A stretch of DNA of 64,000 nucleotides. Source: Histomonas meleagridis 2922-C6/04-290x. Its lineage: Eukaryota; Protista; Parabasalia. The position numbers were made by a program, and so were the translations under genes. The notes below the pieces were generated by a model. That model did no database searches and was not told the origin of the DNA. It saw only the letters and a list, made by a program, of their open reading frames with translations. Of the stretch, positions 23,296 to 35,678 are shown piece after piece. The stretch spans positions 286,928-350,927 of the forward strand of contig JAANOX010000273.1 in the NCBI GenBank assembly GCA_020184695.1, given 5' to 3'. Every line of letters starts with the position of its first letter. The stretch's first letter is position 1.

Positions 23296-26200
23296 GGGGT
23301 ACCTTAATAAAAATTTGGATAATCGCTTAAATCTATCACCTTTTTAAATGACTACTTTATAAAAGCTTTCTGAATTAAATTAAGGGTTCAATCATATGTA
23401 CCCCGGGGACTGTCCCCGGGGACATGTCCCCAGGTGTACAATTTTTTAACACACACTGTGAAAATTCATGATGTTTTTAATTGCATTTTTTTATGATTTT
23501 ACTCATACTATATTATAAAAACATCTATTTTAAATAAAATATAAGATTCAAATATGAATTAAGATATAAATTTTTCATTATTTTTCATTAAATTATTTCT
23601 TGAATTCATATTTATATTTGGGATTAATAATTAACGGCTCCCTGGTCGGACTTTCTGTGAAGAATGAACTTTGATCAACTTAGCGAATTATCTTTTTCTA
23701 ATGGGTCAGATCTCAATTGTTATCTTAAAGAACTAGCAAATAGGAATGGATTTGATATCTATTTAAAAGATTCAAAACATTCGGATAGATTACGATTTTA
23801 TTGTACTATGCATCAATCTCATTAAAATATACAAAATTCGAAAAAAACAGGGTGCGATTTTCGTTTAACTTTCAACAAAAATAACAGAGGAATATATATT
23901 ATATCAAAAAATTTTAATTTAAAACATTTACATGAGATTCAAAATCCAAAACAATTAGACAACTCAGTGCAAGAAGAGATTGCAACAATAAAGAAAAATG
24001 GTATTTCAAATTTTCATATAATTTATTATATTGAGCAAAAATATTCAATTTCAATCACAAGAGAAGAAATAAAAAAATCCTCATCTGTAAGTGAAAAAAC
24101 AAATGAGTCAGAAACAGATTTCTCAATACATGTATGAAAAAGGTGATTGTTATATATTTGAAGATATAAATGGATTAATTGCAGGTATTTATACTGTTAC
24201 ACACGAAAAGAGAGAGAATTTAATCAAATATTGTGATATTTTAGTCATCGATGGTACATCAATTCCCAATTTTTTGTGATTGGACAATAATACCAATTTC
24301 ACTCCAGGGAAATAATATGGAATTAATTTCAGGGGGAGTTGCTTTTTCTCCATCGGAGAATTTTGAATTTTATTTTTGGTTGATTTCTATTATATTATCA
24401 ATCGCACCCAACTTAAAATGCATAATAAGTGATGAAGATCCTGATATTTGTTCAGCAATGGATGAATATCCGAATTTATGTCATCTTTTATGCTTGAAAC
24501 ACAAAATTGCCACAGTCCAGAATTTGATATCGAAAAATCATCCAAATAGAGAACGATTTTTAATGTTACTTAATAATTTTTTTTATTCACGTTCTTCTGC
24601 TCAGTCAAATGTAGCCTTAAATAATATTTACAAGGAATTCCCTGAAATTATTCACTATTTTGACACCAATATATATACAATTAGATCAAAACTTTTGGTT
24701 TCATTAAGACCGAATGTATTTCATTTTAATCATACTTCTTCACAACTTGGTGAATCATATAATAGTATGATTAAAAGAGATTTGACAAATTCTCTAAAGC
24801 ATCTCTATGAAATCCGTGATCACATATCTATCAAATTTTATCAAAAAAAAAATCTTGAAGAAAATATTCGAAAAAACGCTTTTACTTTTCATCATCCATT
24901 AATAGATGTTTATAAACTCGATATATCTAAATAATTATGTTCAATTATAGATGCTAAAATTCAGAATTCATTACAAATTAATATCAAACGCATTAATAAT
25001 GATCACTATATTGCTATTGATAACAATAATAATGAATTTAATTCAAATTTTCTCGATTGTGAATGCCATTATCCTGCATATGCTGGATTACCTTGTTGTC
25101 ATTTAATAGCTTTATTCAAAATAACAGGTAATGCATTTCCTATTCATTTAATAAATCCAAGATTCATAGAAAATTTAAGTGAAATAGAAATAGCATCACA
25201 TGAAACTGAAGAAAACCCTGAATATATAGAACACTTAGGAACACTCGAAATGCCTGAAGACGAACATTATCCAGAATATTCAGAAAGAACAGAAGAATAT
25301 GAAATAGATAAACTTTCTGATTATTTATACGAAGAAGAAGATGATCAAGAATTTGTTCCAAAGGAACAAGAAGAGGAAGAAGATAATTCTAGTGATTCAA
25401 TTTAGTTAATTTATGAATTTAATTTTTCGTTTGGATAAATTGACGAATCTTCAGAAAAAATGCCAAAAATAAATTCAATAAATTCTTATCAAAAACTAAT
25501 GAGTATATCTAAAAAAATTTCATTAATAGGATCACAAAATTTAAATGTTTTTAATGAAGTTGAAAAGGATCTAAATAAAATATATGATAAATATAAACTA
25601 AAAACACAGTATGGAGAAGTTAAAGAGAAAATAGGAAGGAAGAATAAGAGATCTAAAATGAAAAGATTATCTAAAAATTCACGAATAATATAAAAACATG
25701 TAACTAATAAGTTTTTTCTGTAATCCAAGAGTTTAGATCAAACAATATCAAAAAATAACACAAAATTTTGTAATTTTTTTAATGATTTATCAACACATAT
25801 ATAATTTTCATGATGCATTTTACTAAAATATGAAGAGAAACTCATATATTTACATTTGTTCGTGTAAGTTTTTTTATGATTAATTTTTTGATAAAAATAT
25901 TTAAAAGTGTTGATTTAATTTAAGAAGATACTTCGAAGAAATTCTATAATGTTAACTTAATTGAGCAATTTTTTAAACCCTTTAAAGTGAGGTCCATGAT
26001 TTAATTTTCTATACTGTATATATTGTAATATCTTAATCTTAATTTTTGAGTTAAAATAAAATTTTGACAATTTATCAAAAATAGCATGTGTAGGGGATCA
26101 ATTTGTTAATTTCGAATGCGGTTTAATCGTATTTTTGAGTTTTTGTATTACCAATATATTCAATTTTTACTCTTTTTTTCGAAAATCATAAAAAAATGCA

Positions 26201-28290
26201 ATTAAAAACATCAGGAATTTTCACAGTGTGTGTTAAAAAATTGAACACCTGGGGACATGTCCCCGGGGACAGTCCCCGGGGTACATCTGATTAAACTCTA
26301 AAATCAAACTAAGTAGGCATATTTGAATTAATACCATCAATGTCCGAGTATAACGATTATCAAAATCCTCCCTCTATTTTTTCAGCTTTTAAAGATATAG
26401 ATGGTGCCTTATTTCTGGATGTTCCTTTACTTATTGCAAGAATTCGAGAAGTTTCAGATCATTTTAAATGGCGATTCGTTTCTCTCTCAACAGGATATTT
26501 ACGCTCACTACAGATCTTTTGTTGTCAACATAGAATTACAATTTATAATTGCAAAGCTTGTGTTAGATTCAACTATTGTCAACAAACTAAAATTGCTACA
26601 TTCCATTCATGTGATACTGTACACACGCACACAATGGGAGCACTTGTACAACATCGCATTAGAAATCATTTAACAACTTCTCATAATAAGAGGATTAGAT
26701 ATGCTACAAAAATGGGAGTTTATGCTTATACACTAAGGATGCAGGAAAGAATCTCGGCGCAAAGAAATAGCAGAATTATAAAACTATGTAATGAGCAATT
26801 TATTCAATAAGATGAAAAATTGAAAAAATTGGTCTAATTTAATTAATGTAAATAAGGAGAATAAGATGGAGTCATGCTACGTTTTTCACGATCCAATTAC
26901 TCATTCGGATTATTCAAAAGATATTAATATAATAGATGATACTTCTTGCACAAATTTTTTTGGAATGCCACTATTGGTTATTTTATCTGAAGATGAAAAT
27001 GCAAGAAGTCAACTTCTTTCATTTTCAATTATATCATCGAGAACACTATCTTCTTTCGTAGATTATTTTACAATTGTTAAAGAAAAAGTTGGAGAAATAC
27101 GTTTGTTTATTTGTGACAGAAACAATACGCAAATACAAGCTATAAAGACAGTATTTCCAAATTGTAAGATTATATTTTGTGCTGTACATATTGGTCGTAA
27201 TATTCAGTCGAAGGTGGGAAATGAAATGTTTGATTTATATCAAAAGATGCGTTGTCTTGAAATCACTGAAGAAGAATTCTTGGAAGCATGTGAAATACAT
27301 ATTCAGGGACATTCAAACCGAAAATCATCCAGGCTTCTCAAAAAACTGATACAAGATAAGGAGCACTAGCTTCCCAGTATAATTTCTACTTATGGACATT
27401 GTGATAACGTGACTACAAATAGAATTGAGGGTTTCTTTGGTTCTTTGATAAACTTAATAGAACACAAATTACGAACATTATTAAATCTTGTTAGAGCTTT
27501 ATATATTAAGGGTGAAAGGTTATTACTAACATCCATTAACGAAAAGAAGATTAGCTTACCTGAGCAGTTAATGAATTTTAATAACATGGAAAAAATTGGT
27601 TCTTATGCACCGGCAATAATTCTATAAGAGTATATTGATTTACAAGAAAAAGGGGTACTTTCTATTAATTTTTCAAACAATTGTTGCAAAAACCACCAAA
27701 TGTTTGGATTACCATGTCGTCATTTGATGCTTGAACGAATGTTAAAGGATGATTTTCCTTTGATAACTTTAAACGATATTTCAAATAGATGGCGGAGAAG
27801 CTTTGATAGACAACCAGATCAACCAAATAGTATTCAAATATTCAAAAAAGAAAAAGCTTTGAATAATGACTGGTCATTTAATGGATGTATTAATAAGTTT
27901 GAGAAGTATTTTAGTAACGCAAAGATATATTACCTCCAGACAATCTGCTCTTACCAGGTGCACATTTTACTCATCCAAGGCAAAATGTTGAAAGACCTGG
28001 TGCTGAACGAAAACGAAAGAAATATGCGTGTAGCATATGCAATTCAACAGATCATACTGCACCAAGATGTCCCTATAATGTATTAAAGAATTAAATTATA
28101 TTAATAAAAAATTTGATTCTTATTGTTATATTGTTCTGACTTATAAATATTTATTTTTATAAATATTATAATACCAATGTTTTTATTTCTTGCTTTCGTA
28201 ATTTTATTCAAAAATCTTTTAATAAGTATTGAATATTTGTCATTTAAAAAGTTGGTAGATATAAGCGATTATCCAAAAAATTTTGAGGAT
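23296..28290 (+). mobile_element. Outer Mutator-like element (degenerate inverted repeats at about 23310-23353 and 28235-28283; transposase pseudogene 26340-28086)
   Basis: WRKY/FAR1-like C..C..HTH, DDTSCTNFFGMPL, FICDRN, FCAVHIGRNI, TTNRIEGFFG, SWIM CC...GLPCRH and C-terminal CSICNSTDHTAPRC knuckle. The ends are approximate. Confidence 0.7.
23384..26298 (+). mobile_element. Nested Mutator-like element with GC-rich TIRs of about 115 bp
   Basis: TIRs GGGTTCAATCATATGTACCCCGGGGACTGTCCCCGGGGACATGTCCCC... and the reverse complement ending at 26298. Degenerate 9-bp TSD TTAAATTAA/TAAAATCAA (7 of 9). The transposase pseudogene has IDGT, ISDED, CLKH, SSQLGESYNS and SWIM CECH...GLPCCH. Confidence 0.85.
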
Positions 28291-28318
28291 CAAATCGCAA
28301 AATGAATTAATTTTTTAT

Positions 28319-29150
28319 TCATTTCATTAAAATTGACTCATCGAGTCTTGTACTTAGGGATACATTTTCACTAGTTTTAATTTCTACTTCGGTAAATCTT
28401 CTTCTCAGGGCATCCAGGTCAACCTTGTTCTCTATGCATTCTTCCATTGAAATGTTGGCCATTATTACGATGAACCACATTCCCGTATTTATGACTGTTC
28501 TAGCTCCTTTGATTTCCTGGGTTTGATAGTATCGGTCAGCCCATGTCTTCAAAAACGACATTAGCACTTTTATCTTATCTGGGTCCACATCCTCGAACAA
28601 TATGCACTTGGTCTCTAAGTCATCGTATCCATCGAACCACTTGTTCTGCCACTTTGTGCATATTTCATTTTAATCGAACTGCAGTCTTACCCATCGACTC
28701 TTTCCAACTCCAGGTGGTCCCCCATATCCACCAATTCTTTAGTTTTGAGTTTCCTCCCCAGGCATTGCATTTCTTCACATGGTCGCTTTTCCAGTCCAGT
28801 AATTTGTTTCTTTGGTGAAACGCTTCTAATAAATATTTATTGGTAAATTCTAACCATAATATTATAATTAAATCATCTAACATCTTTTTAGTTTGATATA
28901 ATTTTGAAATACACTTCTCCGTTTCTCGTGTAAATTCTCCGATTTTTAGAATATTAGTACCAGTTTTTGTACAGTAACGATAGTTGTCCAATTCAGAACC
29001 ATTGGCTACAATGAAAAAACATCCTGGAAAAGCTGCGTGTAAGGTATTTCTATAATAAGTTTTTTCTAATTGTAAGTACCCCTGAATGTGTTTTGTTCCA
29101 GATGAAGGGGCAAATTCTTCTTCCGCAATTTCCTATTACTCTTTTATTCA
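28319..29150 (-). pseudogene. rep: Endogenous CRESS-DNA-virus Rep (HUH endonuclease plus SF3 helicase), near full length
   Basis: Motif II HIQGY (29076-29090), motif III YCTK (28965-28976), Walker A GPPGVGKS (28697-28720, after a +1 G frameshift), KWFDGY, Walker B ILFEDV, LKTWADRY, motif C IVIMAN and arginine finger ALRRRF (28394-28411). Motif I was not found. Confidence 0.9.
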
Positions 29151-29213
29151 ATGTTAAATTCTAAAGATTTCAATGTAATATATTTACTAGCAGCGATAGT
29201 TGGTGATTTTAAG

Positions 29214-29800
29214 AATTCTCATCAAGCCATATTTTGAAATGAAAAAATTATAAAAAATAATTTCGTTCACAATTACCAATTCAAATTATATTACAAAAAT
29301 TGTAGTTTTTAGAAAGTGCCGATGAAATTTCCATACCAGCTCTGCTCATGGTCACTGAAACATATTGAGTATATGCAGAACTTTTCCACCTTCCATGAGC
29401 TTTTATGATACAATCATTAACATTTTTTAGTGAGGCATAATATGTTGCTCATCTACGAAAACTATGAAATCCATAATTTTGATATTCTTCAACTCCAATA
29501 GTCCTAAGTACATAAAGAAGATGAGCTCTGAGTGAGATTCTATGTGATCATCTTGATTGAGATTCTATGTTATCATTACTAGAAATTAAGTTTAAATAAT
29601 TTATAAATCGGAATAAACTATAATCTGTCTAATTATCATAAATATATGTAGACATACAATTCCCTAACTGATCTGTTTTGGAAGTCTGTATGATGAGCAA
29701 GTAATTGCTCCATCAATGAGATTTTAAATATGATACATAAAAAAAATTAGGAGGAATCGTAATTGACACAAAGTGGCGCCACTTTTGTATTCGACACATA
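29214..29800 (-). mobile_element. Tyrosine-recombinase element, copy A (internally deleted; keeps the catalytic C-terminus)
   Basis: ATG 29713 MEQLLA, then GFHSFRR*ATYYA (HSFRR 29452-29466), HGRWKSSAY (GRWKS 29380-29394) and YV (catalytic Tyr). Perfect palindrome AAAGTGGCGCCACTTT at 29770-29785, and a repeat of about 65 bp at 29214-29274. Confidence 0.8.
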
Positions 29801-30247
29801 AATTCTATTATAATTAAAAGTGCCAATATAAAAGGAGTTAAAAAAAATTTCAATATCAAATTTCATAAACTATCAACAATCTCATAAATTATTATCATCT
29901 TAATCAAAATTCTCAAAAAGTTCATTCGGTCATCAAATTTGATATAATCTTGTAAGTTCAGATGAATGGAAAACACAACATTAGATGAATGGGGTAACAC
30001 GACTGATACTCCAGAAATTATAGGTTCTGGTTCATTCAAAAATTGGGAAATGTCGATTAACTTACAAGAGACTTCCCCTTCTGATATACAAGAAATGTTC
30101 AAGCAAAATGTTGGTCATTATTCACTCACAAAAACATAGGTCTTTGGCCGATTTGAATTTTGGAATTTTTGGTGTCGTTTTGGAGGTCGTTGCTAAGCTA
30201 AGAGAAAGCGTACGCTAAAACAATATGATTGCAATAGCTTTATAAGA

Positions 30248-31860
30248 TTGAAAGTTGATTATAATTTATCAAAAGTTATGTTTGTTGAAGGCAATTTTCG
30301 ACACAAACATTTAATATCACAAGATTTCTATAATAGTTGGTTAAGTCCATCAAATTCAACTCGAGATCAAATTATAACTTACACTAAACAACGAGAAAAT
30401 GCTGCATATATTAGAAGGAAAATAATAGAATCTGTCAGTGCTCGGAAATTTTATGATATCAGACGTTATTATTCAAAATCAAGAGATATTGATACAATCA
30501 AATCAATCCAATCTATTATTTATCAGTTATCAAATAAATATGAAATGAGATTACATTTGAACAGAGCAGATAATCAAATTATCACTGCAACATTTGTTTC
30601 AAGGAGGTTAAAAAATAAAATAATATCTAGAGATATATTACAAATAGATGACATAATGATGACTAATGATTTTGATATGCCTATTCTAAATTTCTTATTC
30701 ATTGATGAGAATAATAATTCACAGATACTAGCATTTTCAATAATGTCCAGTAAAGAAAAAAAAAATATTTGAACTTGTATTTGATAATATAAAAAATATA
30801 GTTGGCATACCAAGAGTTGTAATAATTGATAGATTAAAAGCACAAAAAGCAGCAATTGAAGAGGTAATGTTAAATACTATGATTGTTTTTTGCAAAGTTC
30901 ATATGATGAGATCAGTTGAACAAACATTTGGTCTTCAATCTATAATATATAAGTCATTTCATAAATTTATTGAAAATTAAATAAGTCGTAATGAATATAT
31001 TAATTTATTATAACGAACTATATGGCTACTGTTAAAAATAAAAGAGCTATTCAAGCATTAATTGATGATATCGATTGTTATGATCTTAGTTTCTTATTGT
31101 TTGTAAATTTAAGAGAACAAATAACAACTAATGCGATTGAAGGTTTAAATGGTAATATACGGGAAAGATTGAATGGGAAGAAAGATATTGAGATCGATAT
31201 AAATATATTGGATCATTTAGCTACAGAATTTGCTTGGCGAAGTGAGAGAATGCTTACAGAAATTGACAACAATATTTATGAAGATGATATTCTAGGTTCA
31301 ATAGCAGTAGATAAATTGAAAAATGAAGTCGAAATTGCTAAGAATACCAAAAAACAAATAATAAATGGAAGAGCTAATATCGAATTATTGAAATAGATTA
31401 ATGAGAAGAATTGCAAATGTATTACTTAAATTGAATATGGTCTTCTATGTGTTCATGAAATTATTAATCGTTTTAATAAGCAAATCCCATTAATATCACA
31501 AAATGAAATATTTGAGATTTATTCTAAAAAATTGTACCAAATACAATTAATTATAAAATAAAATCATAGAACATGAAATTCAAGAAATACCTCATAATGA
31601 TCTGAGTTAATCTTTACTTACAAGAGCATTTGAAGAAATTGCTTCAGTTGTTCAAAGAAATGATAGAGTGAAAGAACTAGTCCTTAAATTATTTAATGAA
31701 CTTGATAATTTAAATTTGAATTTATTCTCTGGAATATAAAAAAAAGATCAGCAAATTTAATAAGAAGGTCAGGAAGAAAGACATTATTCATGTAGTATAT
31801 GTGAAAAATCAGGTTACAATTAAGCAACATGTCCAAATTTACATGAAGAGAATATAAACG
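30248..31860 (+). pseudogene. Degraded MULE transposase
   Basis: ILQIDD...TNDFDMPIL, IIIDRLKAQKAAI, FCKVHMMR, TTNAIEGLNG, SWIM NCKC...GLLCVH and a C-terminal SCSIC knuckle, with many stops. Confidence 0.75.
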
Positions 31861-32899
31861 AAAGTTAACATCTAAGAAAGAAGAAATAAATGAAAACAAT
31901 ATATTATGAATTGAAAAAGTCATAATAGGAGACAACTTTCTAGAAATGAAAGATGAAAGCACAAGAATCGGTATAAATATTGAAAATGGAGAATTGTTGG
32001 TCAATTTAACTTATAAAGAACTCGAAATATTAGAATGGCTGTCATTAGATAAATTGAACCTATTTTAAAGATACCCTGTTTTTCATGAGTTTTTGTTTGC
32101 TATAGGACGAAAAGAAAATCCACAAGACATAGAAACACTGAATTTATTATACTCAATGGAAAACAGTAAAAAAGTATATACTAAATCAGTATATGGATGT
32201 CTCGGATGAAATAGGAATTCTACGAGAGTCTGGGTAGCATACCCAAAACATACCCACTTTTGGACGGTTATTCCCACAATTTTCGACTTTTTGAATTCGA
32301 TGTAAAATAACCGTCTCGTTTTTCCAAAATTTTGGATAAAAAAAATTTCGAAAAAATAAAGCTTAACAAAATAGCATAATTTCAACAATAGTAAGAACTA
32401 TATCAATATGATTATTCATGAATAGTATAGAATTAAATAATAATGAGTATTCGTGGAAAAAAACGATTTTGAAAATAATCATAAAATATTATAAAATAAA
32501 TAGTATAATCGAATTCTCCATATGTTAAAACATATTACTGTATTCTTTTTTTGCCAAAATACAAAATGTATATTGTGTTATTAGCAAATGTTTTTGATGT
32601 CCATTATGCATTATTGAATTCATGTTCAAAAAGTGGGAACTGTGAAGAAATAATTTCATTCAATTTTAATTTAAATACTTTACATTTTTGCCACAATAAA
32701 TTCTGAACAAATAAAAAATGACATTGTAAAACAAAATAATTTAAATGAATAATTAATAAATAAGAATAATTATATACATTAAGCATTGACAAACAATGAG
32801 CTACAAAATATATTCTTTAATAAGCATTAAATTACAATAATTTATGAATAACATTATTTACAATCATTGATAAATTATGAATTATAATGATCATCATTA

Positions 32900-33415
32900 A
32901 TTAAACATTCATATACAATGATTTATAATGATTATCATTAATTAAACATTAACATACAATGATTTATAATCATTTATTTAATGAAACATTCATATACAAT
33001 GATTTATAATGATTATCATTAATTAAACATTAACATACAATGATTTATAATCATTTATTTAATGAAACATTCATATACAATGATTTATAATGATTATCAT
33101 TAATTAAACATTAACATACAATGATTTATAATCATTTATTTAATGAAACATTCATATACAATGATTTATAATGATTATCATTAATTAAACATTAACATAC
33201 AATGATTTATAATCATTTATTTCATTAAACATTGATAAACAATGATTTATAATCATTTATTTCATTAAACATTCATATACAATGATTTATAATGATCATC
33301 ATTAATTAAACATTAATATACAATGATTTATAATCATTTATTTAATGAAACATTCATATACAATGATTTATAATGATTATCATTAATTAAACATTCATAT
33401 ACAATGATTTATAAT
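32900..33415. repeat. Subterminal minisatellite of alternating 41-bp and 40-bp units (81-bp higher-order repeat)
   Basis: Units AAACATTCATATACAATGATTTATAATGATTATCATTAATT and AAACATTAACATACAATGATTTATAATCATTTATTTAATG, about 13 copies. An inverted partial copy lies at about 43773-43820. Confidence 0.9.
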
Positions 33416-34239
33416 TTCAATTAGGCAATGAAAGTTTTCAAGTAATAATTAAGCAATAAGCACATATTTATTGTCATAAAAATTAAATACAAGCATTTAA
33501 AAAACAATCAATTAATATATCAATTTTTATTAAATATATAAATGAAATAATCAGACAATTTTGTTAAAGCAAAATGCTTAACATTCGAAATGCAATAAAT
33601 TATGATAAAATCTATAAAATATTATATATAATATAATAAACTTTTAATTATTTTATCAATAATCGATTCTTATATAAGAATCTTTTATGTGAATCAATAG
33701 ACAACAACTTGTTGTAAACAAAAAAATATTGATCATCTAAAAAGCTATGAATCATTTTTTAATCTTACTATACTTCAGAAAACAATAATTTATTATTTGA
33801 TGAACATTTATAAGCAAATGAATATAATAACAATATTTGCTTTCCTACAAAAAAGTTAATATTAAGGTGCAAGTTAAATTTATAAAAGCCAATAATAGAT
33901 AATGAGAACAAATAATAAATATTATAAATGCATTAAAATTATTTGTAAAACATCAATAATCAATGAATTACATTATATGAATGAATAAAAGCAATAGTTT
34001 TATGAGTATGTGCTAAATATTATAAGCACTTATATATCAAATAAATCATTGTTTAATTTGAAAAAACAAATTAATTGAATAAATGTGCAACAATAAAGCA
34101 AATCATGAATTTGTGTTACGCATGATAATGCAATGAAATGAAAGTAAATTATAAATATTCATTAATTATAATTGACTTTAATTTACCTTGAACTTTAATT
34201 AAATATATTATACTTTTTCTAATCTTTTAATTAGTTGAA

Positions 34240-35678
34240 CTACATGTTCCATTTTTTTTCCAATTGCGACATATTTTCCCAACCACCTCTATCGAACAAT
34301 TTCGTAATAATTTTGTTTTTATCTTTTTTACTTGATTTCAAATATTTTTTAACTATTGTCCATGGTATTCCATAATTTCTTTTCACTTTTCTGGCTCTAG
34401 TATTTATATGTGTAAAACGACCCATTTTATCTTTAGAATAAAATGGTGGTGTTATTTTAATATCTCGAAATACTAACGAACTCAGCATTTCTTCAAAATT
34501 TGGGGTAACACCAAAATCATTTGTGTTTTCAAGTTCCATCGCTTTATTAATATAAAAATATTTGTTTCTCATATATTTAATTTGTTCAATAAACTCTAGA
34601 CTTTCATTGTGAAATGGTTTTTCATAAAATTTTTTCGGAATAACTGAATTGTCTCTTTCTCGATTAAGATATTTGTTATTCTGCACATCCTCTAATGTTT
34701 GAATATTATGAACGAAAAATTCATGAAGACAAGGTTTATATGTATTAATGTATCTATTCATCTTCCTATTGAAGCTTTCGTTTCCATTATTGGTAGATCT
34801 TTCAGGCATTGGTTTCCCAGTCGTATTCCAAAGATCAATAGGATATATTGTTAAATATGTTTTCTGAAAATAGTCAATAAATTCATCAATTGACTTTTCC
34901 CCACATTTAAGTTTAGTCATAAAATCAATAAATTTATTTGCTGAATTAATTTCAATATATGGAAGGAGCTTGAGAATTTTCAACAGATCAATAAGGAATA
35001 TATTTTGAGATCTCTTAAAATCGGATTTATGTTTTTTTAAAGTTTGAACATAATGAAAATAGCATAGTTGCATACATGAATTATTGTGCAAAAATATTCT
35101 TTTGATCGAATTTATCATAGCTAATTCAAAGTCACAAACAAACTTAACATCTTGCTTGAAAGAATAATCACAGCTTTGCAAGTATGCATAATATAGACTA
35201 AATGCAGAATTATATGTTTCTTCCTTTTGGTTTGGTAGACATAAATATAACAAAGGAATATTCATAATCGGTGTTCTTCCAATAAAAGTAACTAATTGGT
35301 ATGAATTTATTGGTGAAATTTTGAAAGTTCCATCAATACCGATCATTGAAGATATCTTGAACTTCTTTTAACATGAAATCCGATGAAAACCCATAAATAA
35401 CTTTATCAGCATCTATAGGTACTTCAAATAACAATAACCGATCTTTATTTAAAGTTTGTTTAAAATCAGTGTTCGATCTATATTGTCTGTTCAATTCTCC
35501 AACAAAGTTCTGTACTTTCCGCATAGAAATGGAATTTTTGGTTTTGCCTATAGGCGTTTTCTTCTCGATCCAATTCAACAATTCATTGAAAATTAAAAAT
35601 GGCATCCTATGATATTTGTTGTCATTGAACAATTCTATGATTTTTTTTCCGATGTCTTCTTTGCTCCAAAATGGTGAA
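34240..35678 (-). pseudogene. MULE transposase, C-terminal part (3' of the Merlin insertion)
   Basis: IGIDGTFKISP, FVCDFELAMI, QLCYFHYVQ and STNNGNESFN, with one 1-bp frameshift near 35345. Confidence 0.9.

Noticed and set aside
29863-30102. ORF 29863-30102 and an IGSGSF kinase-like stretch on the opposite strand
   Set aside because: No further kinase motifs are present and there is no recognisable family.
32900-33415. CRISPR-like array
   Set aside because: The units are contiguous with no unique spacers, there are no cas genes, and the context is eukaryotic.
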